Part shown: positions 1 to 8,531 of the stretch, in pieces
Layout: every line of letters begins with the position of its first letter
Position numbering within the stretch: position 1 is the stretch's first letter
DNA from: Planctomycetota bacterium
Lineage (GTDB): Bacteria > Planctomycetota > UBA1135 > UBA2386
Length of the DNA: 64,000 bases
Assembly: GCA_965223545.1 (NCBI GenBank)
Contig: OZ245006.1
Coordinates: 7,040,001 to 7,104,000, forward strand
Reading direction: 5' to 3'
Notes under the pieces: model-generated
Seen by the model: only the letters and a program-made list of their open reading frames with translations
The model's database searches: none
What the model was told of the DNA's origin: nothing
Position numbers and translations under genes: made by a program

Positions 1-863
1 CCGACCGCGAGGCCGAGCTGGCTGGCGAGCTTCTGCGCCATCGCGATCGCGTCGCCGTCCCACACGTCGACGATCTCGTCGAGGGCGGCGAGGTCGACGA
101 TCGACGGCACGAACTCGTCGCTGATGCCTTGGATCCGGTGCTGGCCGACTTTGTGACCAGTGCGGAGGGTCGGCGAGTTCGCCGGCTCGAGGGGGTGTAC
201 GGCAACGTCGGTGAACTGTTGCCGCAGCCAGCGGCCGGCGCCCATCACGGTGCCACCGGTGCCGACGCCGGCGACGAACGCGGTGGGGCGATGGCCGAGG
301 GCGGCGAGCTGTCGGCCGATTTCGGGGCCCGTGGTCGAGAAGTGGGCCTCGATGTTGGCCGGGCTCTCGAACTGTCTCGGGTGGAAGACACCGACGCCGG
401 CGGCGGCGAAGTCCTCGGCCCGCCGGATGGCGCCGACGAAGCCGCCTTCTTCGGCGGAGACCGGCACGACCGTCGCGCCGAAGCTGCGGATCAGCTGCAC
501 GCGCTCGCGGCTCATCCAGTCGGGCATGTAGATGCGCACCGGATGGCCCAGCGCCCGGCCGATCGCGGCCAGCGAGATGCCGGTGTTGCCGCTGGTGGCC
601 TCGACGATGACGTCGCCGGGGGCGATCTGCCCGTCGCGATAGGCGTCGGCGATGATGCGCAGCGCCATCCGGTCCTTGATGCTGCCGGTGAGGTTGGTGC
701 TCTCCAGCTTGGCGTGGACGCACACCGGCGTGCCGTCCACCGTGCAATGGACCGCGAGCAGAGGGGTGTTGCCGACCAGGGCATGCAGCGCCTGCAGGCG
801 CTTGCCGATCACCTCGGGGTTGGCGCAGCGGCTGCCGGGGCGCACTTCGGGGAACTCGGCCAT
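1..863 (-). CDS. PLP-dependent cysteine synthase (CysK/CysM family), runs off the window start
   Basis: Own translation from ATG 863 (absent from the ORF track): VGNTPLL, AKLESTNLTGSIKDR (PLP Lys), EATSGNTG, AGVGTGGT, HRIQGI. Confidence 0.93.
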   Translation of the reverse strand, partial: MAEFPEVRPGSRCANPEVIGKRLQALHALVGNTPLLAVHCTVDGTPVCVHAKLESTNLTGSIKDRMALRIIADAYRDGQIAPGDVIVEATSGNTGISLAAIGRALGHPVRIYMPDWMSRERVQLIRSFGATVVPVSAEEGGFVGAIRRAEDFAAAGVGVFHPRQFESPANIEAHFSTTGPEIGRQLAALGHRPTAFVAGVGTGGTVMGAGRWLRQQFTDVAVHPLEPANSPTLRTGHKVGQHRIQGISDEFVPSIVDLAALDEIVDVWDGDAIAMAQKLASQLGLAV

Positions 864-909
864 GGTGGCCTTGAATGTCCGGCCGGGGTCCGGTCTTTCG
901 CAGTGCTTC

Positions 910-2153
910 AGAACTGCAGCCCTTCCGTGGGCCTGGCTAGCTGAGAGACGCAGACCAAGACGTAACCGGAGCCCTCTTCCGAGTCACTGGAAGTGACGCA
1001 GGGCCAGCTGCGCAACGGTGCCCTTTTGGTCCCCCCGCGTTGTGTCCCGGAGGTCGCCGATGTTCGTTCCCCCGCGTTGCCCCAACTCAGCTTGCCCGCA
1101 CAACCGCAGCCCGCGGCCCGGCTTCTTCGTACGCCGTGGCTACTACTACCCCAAGTGCCGCGCCCAAGGCGTGCCGCGCTTCCGCTGCCGCCATTGCCGG
1201 CAGGGCTTCTCGCGGCAGACGTTCCGCATGGATTACCGCGACCACAAGCCCGACCGCAACGCCTGGATCGTCATGTTGCTCTGCTCTGGCCTGGGCCTGC
1301 GACAGACCGCACGCCTGGCCGGGCTCACGGCGCGCAACACCGAGATGAAGTTCCGCAAGATCGGTCGTCACGTCCGCCGCCTGAACAACAACTTACGGGG
1401 CGACCTCCCGGTGGGCTCGAGCTTGCAGTTCGACGAACTCGAGAGCTACGAGGGCCGCCGCAACACGCGGCCCCTGACGCTGCCTGTCCTGATCGAGCGC
1501 GGGAGCCGCTTCATCCTCGCAGCGCGGTCGGCCCCGATCCGCCCCGGTGGCCCCAAACCGACTGCGCGCCGGCGAGCGATAGAGGCCGACGCGCGGCGGT
1601 TTGGCCGGCGGCCGTCGCGGTCGCGCGCGGCAACGCGCAATGCGCTGTGCCGGGGCGCGCGCGCTTGCACTCGGTTGACCACCGTGTTGCTCGAAACGGA
1701 CGAGAAAACGACCTACTCAGGACTCGCGAGGGGCATTTTCGGCGCGCGGCTCGAGCACCGGCGAACACCGAGCACGCTGCCGCGCGAGACCTGGAACCCG
1801 CTGTTCGCGATCAACCATACCGAGGCAATGGCGCGCGACCTCAACGGTCGTCTGCGGCGCGAGTCCTGGCTGGTCAGCAAGAAGCGCTGTTTCCTCAACC
1901 TGCAGCTGCACATCTACATCGCGTACCGCAACTTCACGCGACCGCGCTTCAACTTCGACCGAGACACGCCGGCGATGCTGGTTGGCTGGCTGCCCCAGAA
2001 GTTGCGGCTGAACCAGGTGCTATCCTGGCGCCAGGACTGGGGCACGCGCAGCGGCCATCCGCTGGATCGAAACGCAAAACCGATCGAGAACTTCCTGAAG
2101 AGCTCTGCCTGAGTTTCTTGCGGCCGTGCCGGACCACGGAAGGGCTGCAGTTC
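910..2153 (+). mobile_element. Complete insertion sequence, IS1-like, about 1.24 kb
   Basis: Perfect 20-bp TIRs GAACTGCAGCCCTTCCGTGG (911-930 / 2134-2153); direct repeat GCAGTGCTTC at 900-909 and 2154-2163; single transposase inside. Confidence 0.88.
1060..2112 (+). CDS. IS1-like transposase (Zn ribbon, HTH, RNase-H-like core)
   Basis: CPNSAC...CRHC zinc ribbon, GLRQTARL HTH, FDELE and ETDEK acidic motifs; GGAGG RBS at 1049-1053 favours ATG 1060. Confidence 0.8.
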   Translation: MFVPPRCPNSACPHNRSPRPGFFVRRGYYYPKCRAQGVPRFRCRHCRQGFSRQTFRMDYRDHKPDRNAWIVMLLCSGLGLRQTARLAGLTARNTEMKFRKIGRHVRRLNNNLRGDLPVGSSLQFDELESYEGRRNTRPLTLPVLIERGSRFILAARSAPIRPGGPKPTARRRAIEADARRFGRRPSRSRAATRNALCRGARACTRLTTVLLETDEKTTYSGLARGIFGARLEHRRTPSTLPRETWNPLFAINHTEAMARDLNGRLRRESWLVSKKRCFLNLQLHIYIAYRNFTRPRFNFDRDTPAMLVGWLPQKLRLNQVLSWRQDWGTRSGHPLDRNAKPIENFLKSSA

Positions 2154-2237
2154 GCAGTGCTTCCGTCGCGCTATTCTGAAAGAGCGCCAGAGCGAGCGCG
2201 TTGCCTAGAGGAGACGGCAGCGTGACGAGGAAGTGCG

Positions 2238-2699
2238 ATGACGTTCCACATGCTCTTGACGACCGACTTGTCGGATGAGTCCGCGCGCTGCTTCGCGCAG
2301 GCGGCGACCCTGGTGCAGCGCATGGGGGGCAAGATCACGCTGTTGCACGCGTTGCTCGAGCCGACCGTGATGTCGTCGGGGTTTCCGTCGCTGCCGGGCC
2401 ACACCGCGCAGAACCGCGAGGAGTACTTGGCCGAGGCGGGGCAGGCGATGGCGAGGCTACGGGCGCAGCTGCCGGTCGAGCTGGAGGTCGACCTCGAGAT
2501 CGCAGAAGGCATGACGGTGGCCGCGATCCTCGACGACTACGCGACCGCGCACGGTGTCGATGTGATCGCGATGGCGACGCACGGCCGGTCGGGCGTGCGC
2601 CGCGTGCTGATGGGCAGCGTGGCCGAGGCGCTGCTGCGCCGCACACACACGCCGATCCTGCTGTTCCCGCCGCCATCGGAGGCGAAGCAGAGCGGTTGA
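2238..2699 (+). CDS. Universal stress protein (UspA domain)
   Basis: LTTDLSDES start; DVIAMATHGRSG...MGSVAEALLRR...PILL signature. Confidence 0.93.
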   Translation: MTFHMLLTTDLSDESARCFAQAATLVQRMGGKITLLHALLEPTVMSSGFPSLPGHTAQNREEYLAEAGQAMARLRAQLPVELEVDLEIAEGMTVAAILDDYATAHGVDVIAMATHGRSGVRRVLMGSVAEALLRRTHTPILLFPPPSEAKQSG

Positions 2700-2705
2700 C
2701 ACGGA

Positions 2706-3569
2706 GTGCGCGCGGCCTTTTCGGCGATCGCTGGTAAGCTCGCCGCGATGGTGCCCGCAGTCTTGTTCGTGCTCGCTACCGGCGCGGCGCTGGCCTGCGC
2801 CACCGCCGCCGGCCCCGGAGTCGGCCTGCTGCCGCCGGCAAAGCGACGGGCCTGGGCCGTCGCGGGCGTGCTGGCGCTCGCCGGGGTCGGCGTGGTGCTC
2901 GCGCGCTGGCCACTGACGAGTGTCGTGCACGAGCGGATCGCCATCGGCATCCTGGCGGTCGGAGCCGCGGCCTGTCTGCTCGGCGCCGCGCGTTCGGCGC
3001 GACCGCGCGGCGTCGGCGCCGCGGCAGTCGGCTTCGGCTTCGCGCTGGCGCTCGCTGGACTGGCGCAGGCCGTGGCCGTGGACGCGTTCGATCCCGGCGG
3101 AGACGCGGTGGAGCCGACCCTCGCGCAGGACGACCCGGGTGATCTGCTGCGGGCGCGGGCGGCGCAGCTGCAGCGCCGACTCGGTGAGGAGATCCCCGCC
3201 GCGCGGGGGCGCCTGCAGCAGCAGGTGGCCGAGGTCCGCGTGGCGCTGGGCGAGGCCAGCGAGGCCCAGCGCGTGCGTCTGCGCGACGAGTTGCGCGAGA
3301 TCGCCCGCACGCTGTTGGCACTCGACGTCGAGGAGCGCTCCACCGAGGAGCTGCGCCAGCGCGTCGCCCAGGAGCTGCGGCGGTTCGAGCGGCTGCGCGC
3401 GACCGAGCACCTCATCGAGGACGACCCCGAGCTGCGCGGCGAGCTGGAGCAGCTGGCCGCCGATGCCGGCCGGCGCCTCGGCGTCGCGGTCGATGGGCGG
3501 TTGGGCTCGGGCGCGATTGCCGAAGCGCGCGTCGACGCGCTGGTCGAGGAGTGGCTGGTCGGCCGTTGA
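2706..3569 (+). CDS. Hypothetical membrane protein with C-terminal coiled coil
   Basis: About 4 hydrophobic segments then an E/R/L heptad-rich region; directly follows usp. Confidence 0.6.
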   Translation: MRAAFSAIAGKLAAMVPAVLFVLATGAALACATAAGPGVGLLPPAKRRAWAVAGVLALAGVGVVLARWPLTSVVHERIAIGILAVGAAACLLGAARSARPRGVGAAAVGFGFALALAGLAQAVAVDAFDPGGDAVEPTLAQDDPGDLLRARAAQLQRRLGEEIPAARGRLQQQVAEVRVALGEASEAQRVRLRDELREIARTLLALDVEERSTEELRQRVAQELRRFERLRATEHLIEDDPELRGELEQLAADAGRRLGVAVDGRLGSGAIAEARVDALVEEWLVGR

Positions 3570-3594
3570 GTCCGCCGCGGCGCGGCGCGCCGGG

Positions 3595-4689
3595 CTATGG
3601 CGTCCCGGCCGGTTCGGCCGGCAGCGCGTCGAGGGCCTTGCGCCGCATGCCGTAGGCCATCGCCGCGAGCGAGCGCAGCCGTTGGTCGCGCCGCGTCAGC
3701 TGGGCTGGCTCGTCGCGCACGCGGCGGTCGACCGTCTCGATCAGCTGCGCGCGGTCGTCGAACTCACGCAGGCGCGCGGCCAGCGCTTCGGGGTCGTCGT
3801 CCGCGTCGTTCCACAGGTAGTGGAAGCGCGGTAGCAGCTCGTCGTAGGGGGCCTGCACCAGGGGCTTGACCGAGACGAACGCCACCGCCGCGGCTTCGCG
3901 CATCGTGCGGTAGATCCGGTTCTGCAGGGTCGCGCGGCGGATCTGCTGATAGAGCAACTGCCGGCGGTGATTGGCGGGGATCGGCGACCGGTACGATCGG
4001 TCGTCGAGGATGCCCACCGCGAACGGGATCGCGTCCACGTCCGGCACCTGCAGGACCCGGCCGCTGTACCAGGCCTGATACAAGGACACGCCTTCGTAGA
4101 CGTTGGCGTCGAGATCGGCGTACAGGTGGCCCAAGTACGCGGAGATGGTGCGTTGGTCGGGCTCGTCGTCGAGGGCCGCGAGGATGGCGGCGATGGCCTC
4201 GTCGGTGCCCGGCGGAAACCCGTGCAGGAGGTTTTCGTAGGTCTCGGCGGCGGTGAGGCGCTCGGTCCGGCGCACGATCTCGCCGCGCTGCCAGTCGTAC
4301 CACACCGCGCGGTTCAGGTTGTCGAGCGGCGCCGGGTTGGGGAACCGCTGCGCGACGGCGTCGTGCGCGGGCGCGCCGCGGGGCACGAGCGATCGCGCCG
4401 GCGCCACGCCGGGCGCCCATTGCCCCGGGTCGTGGAACGGCGGCGATGTCGACAGGGGATACGACTCGAAGGTGCGCCGGTAGGAGACGATCGTCTGCAC
4501 GCGTTCGTCGTCGTCGAGGAGCACCTCGCGCTCGAGGCGGCGCACGATCGACGTGCGTTGCTCCTCGGGCAGAGCGCGAAACCGGGAGATCGGATCGCCG
4601 GGCTTGGCCGGTCGCTGGCACCAGACCGCCGCCGGAGCGAAGGCAACTGCCCCGGTGAGGGCGGCGGCAAAAGCGTGGGTGAGCGTCAT
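3595..4689 (-). CDS. Hypothetical exported protein
   Basis: Signal-peptide-like N-terminus, natural composition, 364 aa; no motif recognised. Confidence 0.7.
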   Translation of the reverse strand: MTLTHAFAAALTGAVAFAPAAVWCQRPAKPGDPISRFRALPEEQRTSIVRRLEREVLLDDDERVQTIVSYRRTFESYPLSTSPPFHDPGQWAPGVAPARSLVPRGAPAHDAVAQRFPNPAPLDNLNRAVWYDWQRGEIVRRTERLTAAETYENLLHGFPPGTDEAIAAILAALDDEPDQRTISAYLGHLYADLDANVYEGVSLYQAWYSGRVLQVPDVDAIPFAVGILDDRSYRSPIPANHRRQLLYQQIRRATLQNRIYRTMREAAAVAFVSVKPLVQAPYDELLPRFHYLWNDADDDPEALAARLREFDDRAQLIETVDRRVRDEPAQLTRRDQRLRSLAAMAYGMRRKALDALPAEPAGTP

Positions 4690-4906
4690 GCCGGATTGCG
4701 GGGGACTCTGCGATTATCGCAGGTGCGCATCGGAAACTCCCGTATGCGGCACTTGTCTTGGCGGGATGGTCGCGGGGCCATGGACGCTGGGTCGTCCGGG
4801 AGGCCGCCACAAAAATCTGGATCGCGCCGCGAAACCCGGCGACGAGCATCCTCTAGAACCGGGTGCTCGCGACGGAGTCGGACTCCCGAGTGGGCAACAA
4901 ACCTGC

Positions 4907-4980
4907 GAGGCTCTCCACCTAGGGGTACGGAGCACGGTGCTCTTGACCCCGGGGGCGAGGTGGAGAGCCTTCGTTTTATT
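4907..4980 (+). terminator. Hairpin with T-rich tail (terminator-like), end of a structured intergenic region
   Basis: AGGCTCTCCACCT pairs with AGGTGGAGAGCCT, followed by TCGTTTTATT. Confidence 0.5.
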
Positions 4981-4999
4981 TAACGACCACGCAGCGCGG

Positions 5000-5089
5000 G
5001 ACGTACGGAGTCAGGCTCGATTTTCTCGCTTGGCGGCGGTGCATCCGCACCGCCGCCAAGCGAGAAAATCGAGCCTGACTCCGTACGTC
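5000..5089. repeat. Perfect 43-bp-arm palindrome (REPIN/MITE-like)
   Basis: 5000-5042 is the exact reverse complement of 5047-5089; 4-nt loop ATCC. Confidence 0.92.
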
Positions 5090-5096
5090 TGTTGCA

Positions 5097-5115
5097 AATG
5101 AGACGCAGTCTCATT
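5097..5115. promoter_or_regulatory. Fur-box-like palindrome
   Basis: AATGAGAC-GCA-GTCTCATT, 19 bp, 11 nt upstream of the ApbE-porin start; resembles AATGAGAATNATTCTCATT-type Fur boxes. Confidence 0.6.
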
Positions 5116-5126
5116 ACAGGGCGTGG

Positions 5127-7331
5127 ATGCGAATCGCTGAGGCCCTCGGGGCGATCTGTGGGTGCGTGGCGCTGGCGGGGTCGGCTGTCCCCGCGCAAAC
5201 CCCTTCGAACGTGCAGCGGTCGAGCACCCTGATGGGCACCTCGCTCGAGATGCAAGTCGAGGGGCACACCAGAGATGCGGCGATCGCCGCTTCCGAGGCC
5301 GCGCTGCGTGCCTGTGAGCGCGTCGAGGCCCGCTGGTCGACGTGGCGCGAGGACAGCGTGCTGGCGCGGATCAACGCGGCGTCGGTCGGGGTGGCGGTGC
5401 CGCATGACGCGGCGTTTGGCGCCGTGCTGGACCGGCTGGAGCACATCGTAGTCGAGACCGGCGGGGCGTTCGACCCGGGCGTGGGAGCGTTGGTCGACGT
5501 CTGGCAGCTGCGCGCGCCGGGCGAGGCGCCGCGGCCGCCACTGGAGCTGTGCGCGGGGCTGGCGGAGGTCGGCTGGGCGCAGCTGCGCCGCCAGCCCGGC
5601 GCCGTGCAGCGCGCGGATGCCCGGCTGCGGCTGGAGGAGGGCGGGTTTGCCAAGGGGTTGGCCCTCGACGCCGCCATCGGTGTCCTGCGCGAGGCAGGGG
5701 TAGTGCGCGCCCGGCTGGACTTTGGCGGGCAGGTCGCGGTCCTCGGTGAGCATCGGGTCGGGCTGGCCCACCCGGACGAGCGAGGCGTGGCCCTGGCCGA
5801 TGTCGTGGTGCGCGGGGGGTCGCTCGCCACCGCTGGCAACTCCGAGCGCGGGGTGCAGCGGGGCGGCGCGCGGTGGGGCCATCTGCTCGATCCGCACACC
5901 GGTGAGCCGGTGGAGGACTTCGGCAGCGTCACGGTTTGGGCCGAGAGTGCGCTTCGCGCCGACGCGCTGGCGACGGCGCTGTTCGTCATGGGGCCCGACG
6001 CCGCGTTGGCGTGGGGCGCGGGCCGGCCCGGCGTCGAGGTGCTCGTCGCCCGGCGCGAGGATGGCGGTGCGGTGCGGGTCGAGACGACGCCGGGCTGGCC
6101 CGCGGACCGCGCCGCGAGCGCGCCGCAGGATCCCGATCTGGCGGCGCGGGTGCGGCGGCTGGAGCAGGAGAACCAGGAGCTGCGCGCGCGGCAGGCCGCG
6201 CTGGAGGAGGGCTTCGAAGAGCTGACGCTCGGCGACGTCGTCCGCCCGCTGGGGGCGCCGCGGCCCGGCCTGGGCGCCGCTGCCGCGAAGGTCTACGAAG
6301 CGGACGGTCTGTCGGTCGGCGGCTACGGCGAGCTCTTGTTCGAGCAGCGCTCGGGCGGCACCGACATCCTCGATGCATTGCGCACGGTGTTGTACGTCGG
6401 CTACCGGTTCGACGAGCGATTCTTGGTCAACACCGAGATCGAGCTCGAGCACGGTTCGACGTCGTCGAGCTCGGAGACGACGAGCAGCGGAGGCGAGGTC
6501 TCGCTCGAGTTCGGCTATCTGGATTGGCTGTGCTGCGAGGCGTTCAATCTCCGCGCCGGCATGCTGCTGGTGCCGGTCGGCCTGATCAACGAGCGTCACG
6601 AGCCGCTGGCGTTTCCCGCCGCGCACCGACCGCAGACCGAGACCCGCATCATCCCGAGCACCTGGCGCGAGCTGGGCTTTGGCGCGCACGGCACCGTCGC
6701 CGGCCTGTCGTACCGCGCTTATGTCGTGGGCGGCATGAGCGGCGAGCGTTTCTCGGCGGCGGGCCTGCGCGGCGGTCGGCAGAAGGGCAACCGCGCCGCC
6801 GCTGACAGCTTCGCCGGCGTGCTGCGCGTCGACTGGGAGCGTCCCGGCTGGACGTTGGGGGGGGCGGTCTACCACGGTGGGGCCGGCCAGGATCGCCGCG
6901 TCGGCGGGGCGCCGATCGACGAGCTCGATGTGACCTTGGCCGAGGTGCACACGGAGCTCATGTGGCGCGGACTCTGGCTGCGGGGACTGTACGCGCACGC
7001 CTGGGTGGACGGCGCGCGCGCGCTCAACGCGGCCACGGGTGCGGGGGTGGCGTCTCGACTCACCGGTCACTACGTCGAGCTGGGTTACGATCTGCTGGCG
7101 GCGATCGACGAGCAGTCGAACCAGGCGCTGTACCCGTTCTGCCGCTACGAGCGGATCGACACCCAGGCTGGGTTGCCGGCGGGTGCCTCGCGGGTGCCGG
7201 GACAGGCCGACACCGTCTGGACCGTGGGTTTGCACTACCGGCCGATCGACTCCGTCGTGCTGAAGGCGGACTACGAGCTGCACGACGACCGCGACGACCG
7301 CTTTTCCGTGGTGGTGGGCTATGCGTTCTGA
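5127..7331 (+). CDS. apbE: Fusion of ApbE FAD:protein FMN transferase and an outer-membrane porin
   Basis: N-half: LMGT, TGGAFDPGVG, GGFAKGLALD, LATAG, HLLDPHTG, ADALATALFVMG. Coiled-coil linker. C-half: GGYGE, YVGYRF, TEIELEHG, IIPSTWRE, terminal VVVGYAF beta-signal. Confidence 0.85.
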   Translation: MRIAEALGAICGCVALAGSAVPAQTPSNVQRSSTLMGTSLEMQVEGHTRDAAIAASEAALRACERVEARWSTWREDSVLARINAASVGVAVPHDAAFGAVLDRLEHIVVETGGAFDPGVGALVDVWQLRAPGEAPRPPLELCAGLAEVGWAQLRRQPGAVQRADARLRLEEGGFAKGLALDAAIGVLREAGVVRARLDFGGQVAVLGEHRVGLAHPDERGVALADVVVRGGSLATAGNSERGVQRGGARWGHLLDPHTGEPVEDFGSVTVWAESALRADALATALFVMGPDAALAWGAGRPGVEVLVARREDGGAVRVETTPGWPADRAASAPQDPDLAARVRRLEQENQELRARQAALEEGFEELTLGDVVRPLGAPRPGLGAAAAKVYEADGLSVGGYGELLFEQRSGGTDILDALRTVLYVGYRFDERFLVNTEIELEHGSTSSSSETTSSGGEVSLEFGYLDWLCCEAFNLRAGMLLVPVGLINERHEPLAFPAAHRPQTETRIIPSTWRELGFGAHGTVAGLSYRAYVVGGMSGERFSAAGLRGGRQKGNRAAADSFAGVLRVDWERPGWTLGGAVYHGGAGQDRRVGGAPIDELDVTLAEVHTELMWRGLWLRGLYAHAWVDGARALNAATGAGVASRLTGHYVELGYDLLAAIDEQSNQALYPFCRYERIDTQAGLPAGASRVPGQADTVWTVGLHYRPIDSVVLKADYELHDDRDDRFSVVVGYAF

Positions 7332-7953
7332 GAAGCAGCACGGTTGGCGCCGCCATCGGCTGTGCTGGGCAGTGGTGGCGACAGTCCTCTTCGGCACGCC
7401 GGCAGCCAGCGCGCAGGCGCGGCTGAAGGTCGACGAGGCTCTGAAGCTGGCCTTTCCCGACGCTGAGGTGCGGCGGACGAGCGTGGTGCTCGACGACCGC
7501 CAGCGCGCCGCCGTGCGCGAGGCCGCCGGCACCGCGTTGCGCAGCAAGCTCGTGTTCCCCTACGTCGCCGAACGCGAGGGACGCCTCGTCGGCACCGCTT
7601 ACTTCGACGCGCACCGCGTGCGCACCAAGCGCGAGGTGCTGATGGTCGTCGTGACCCCGGCGCACACCATCGCGCGCATCGAAGTGGTCGCGTTTGCCGA
7701 GCCCGCCGAGTACTTGCCCGCCAAACCGTTCTACAGCCAGTTCGTCGGCGCCAAGCTGGGGCCGGAGCTCAGCCTCAAGCGCGGGATTCGCGGCGTGGCG
7801 GGCGCGACGCTGACCAGTCGGGCGACGCTGGAGGCAGCGCGCCGGGTGCTGGCGCTGCACCGCGTGTTGGCCGGCGAACCGCCGGAGCCGGGGGGCGGCG
7901 AGGGCGGCCCCGACCGCAGCCGTCCCGAGAGCGGGGGGAAGGCGCAGCGGTGA
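7321..7953 (+). CDS. Exported FMN-binding (flavinylation substrate) protein
   Basis: Signal peptide (AQA); GVAGATLTS variant of the [S/T]GA[S/T] motif; overlaps the apbE stop. Confidence 0.8.
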   Translation: MRSEKQHGWRRHRLCWAVVATVLFGTPAASAQARLKVDEALKLAFPDAEVRRTSVVLDDRQRAAVREAAGTALRSKLVFPYVAEREGRLVGTAYFDAHRVRTKREVLMVVVTPAHTIARIEVVAFAEPAEYLPAKPFYSQFVGAKLGPELSLKRGIRGVAGATLTSRATLEAARRVLALHRVLAGEPPEPGGGEGGPDRSRPESGGKAQR

Positions 7954-8531
7954 CGCGCGCTTGGGCGCTGTGCACGCACGCGGCCGTTGTCGCGGTCGGT
8001 GGCACCGGCCTGGTCTACGCGTGGATGCGCTATCTGTGCGCGCCCGCCGACGAGTTCGCGCTGACCAACCACCCCGCCGAGCCCGCATGGCAGGCGGCGC
8101 ACCTTTTGTCGGCGCCGCTCTTGCTGCTGCTGTTGGGTTGGCTCGGGGCCGTGCACGTCGCGCCGCGGCTGCGGTCGGTGGGCGGGCCGCGGCGGGGCAC
8201 CGGCTGGCTCCTCGTGGTCTTGGCCCCGCTGATGGTGTTCAGCGGCTACGGACTGCAGGTCGCGGTCGGCGAAGCACTGCGCGTCTTCTGCGTCTGGCTG
8301 CACGCGATCTCGAGCGGGCTCTGGTTGCTCGTCTATGGCCTGCACCTGACCGGCGGACGGCTGCCGGAGAGCGATCTCGAGGATTGGTCGCCGTCACTCG
8401 TGGCGCAGGGCCTCGACGGGATCCATGCTGGCGGCGCGCCAAGCGGGGTAGATGCCGAACACGACGCCGACGATGGCGGAGATGCTGAACGCCATCACCG
8501 GGTGCTGGATCAAGACGAGCGTGCGCAGTGA
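7950..8531 (+). CDS. 4-TM His-containing membrane protein, cytochrome-b-like (possibly DUF4405-like)
   Basis: TM helices with His (AAHLL, AVHV, WLHAI, GLHL); GTGA coupling; 3' end overlaps the convergent permease. Confidence 0.65.
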   Translation: MTRAWALCTHAAVVAVGGTGLVYAWMRYLCAPADEFALTNHPAEPAWQAAHLLSAPLLLLLLGWLGAVHVAPRLRSVGGPRRGTGWLLVVLAPLMVFSGYGLQVAVGEALRVFCVWLHAISSGLWLLVYGLHLTGGRLPESDLEDWSPSLVAQGLDGIHAGGAPSGVDAEHDADDGGDAERHHRVLDQDERAQ

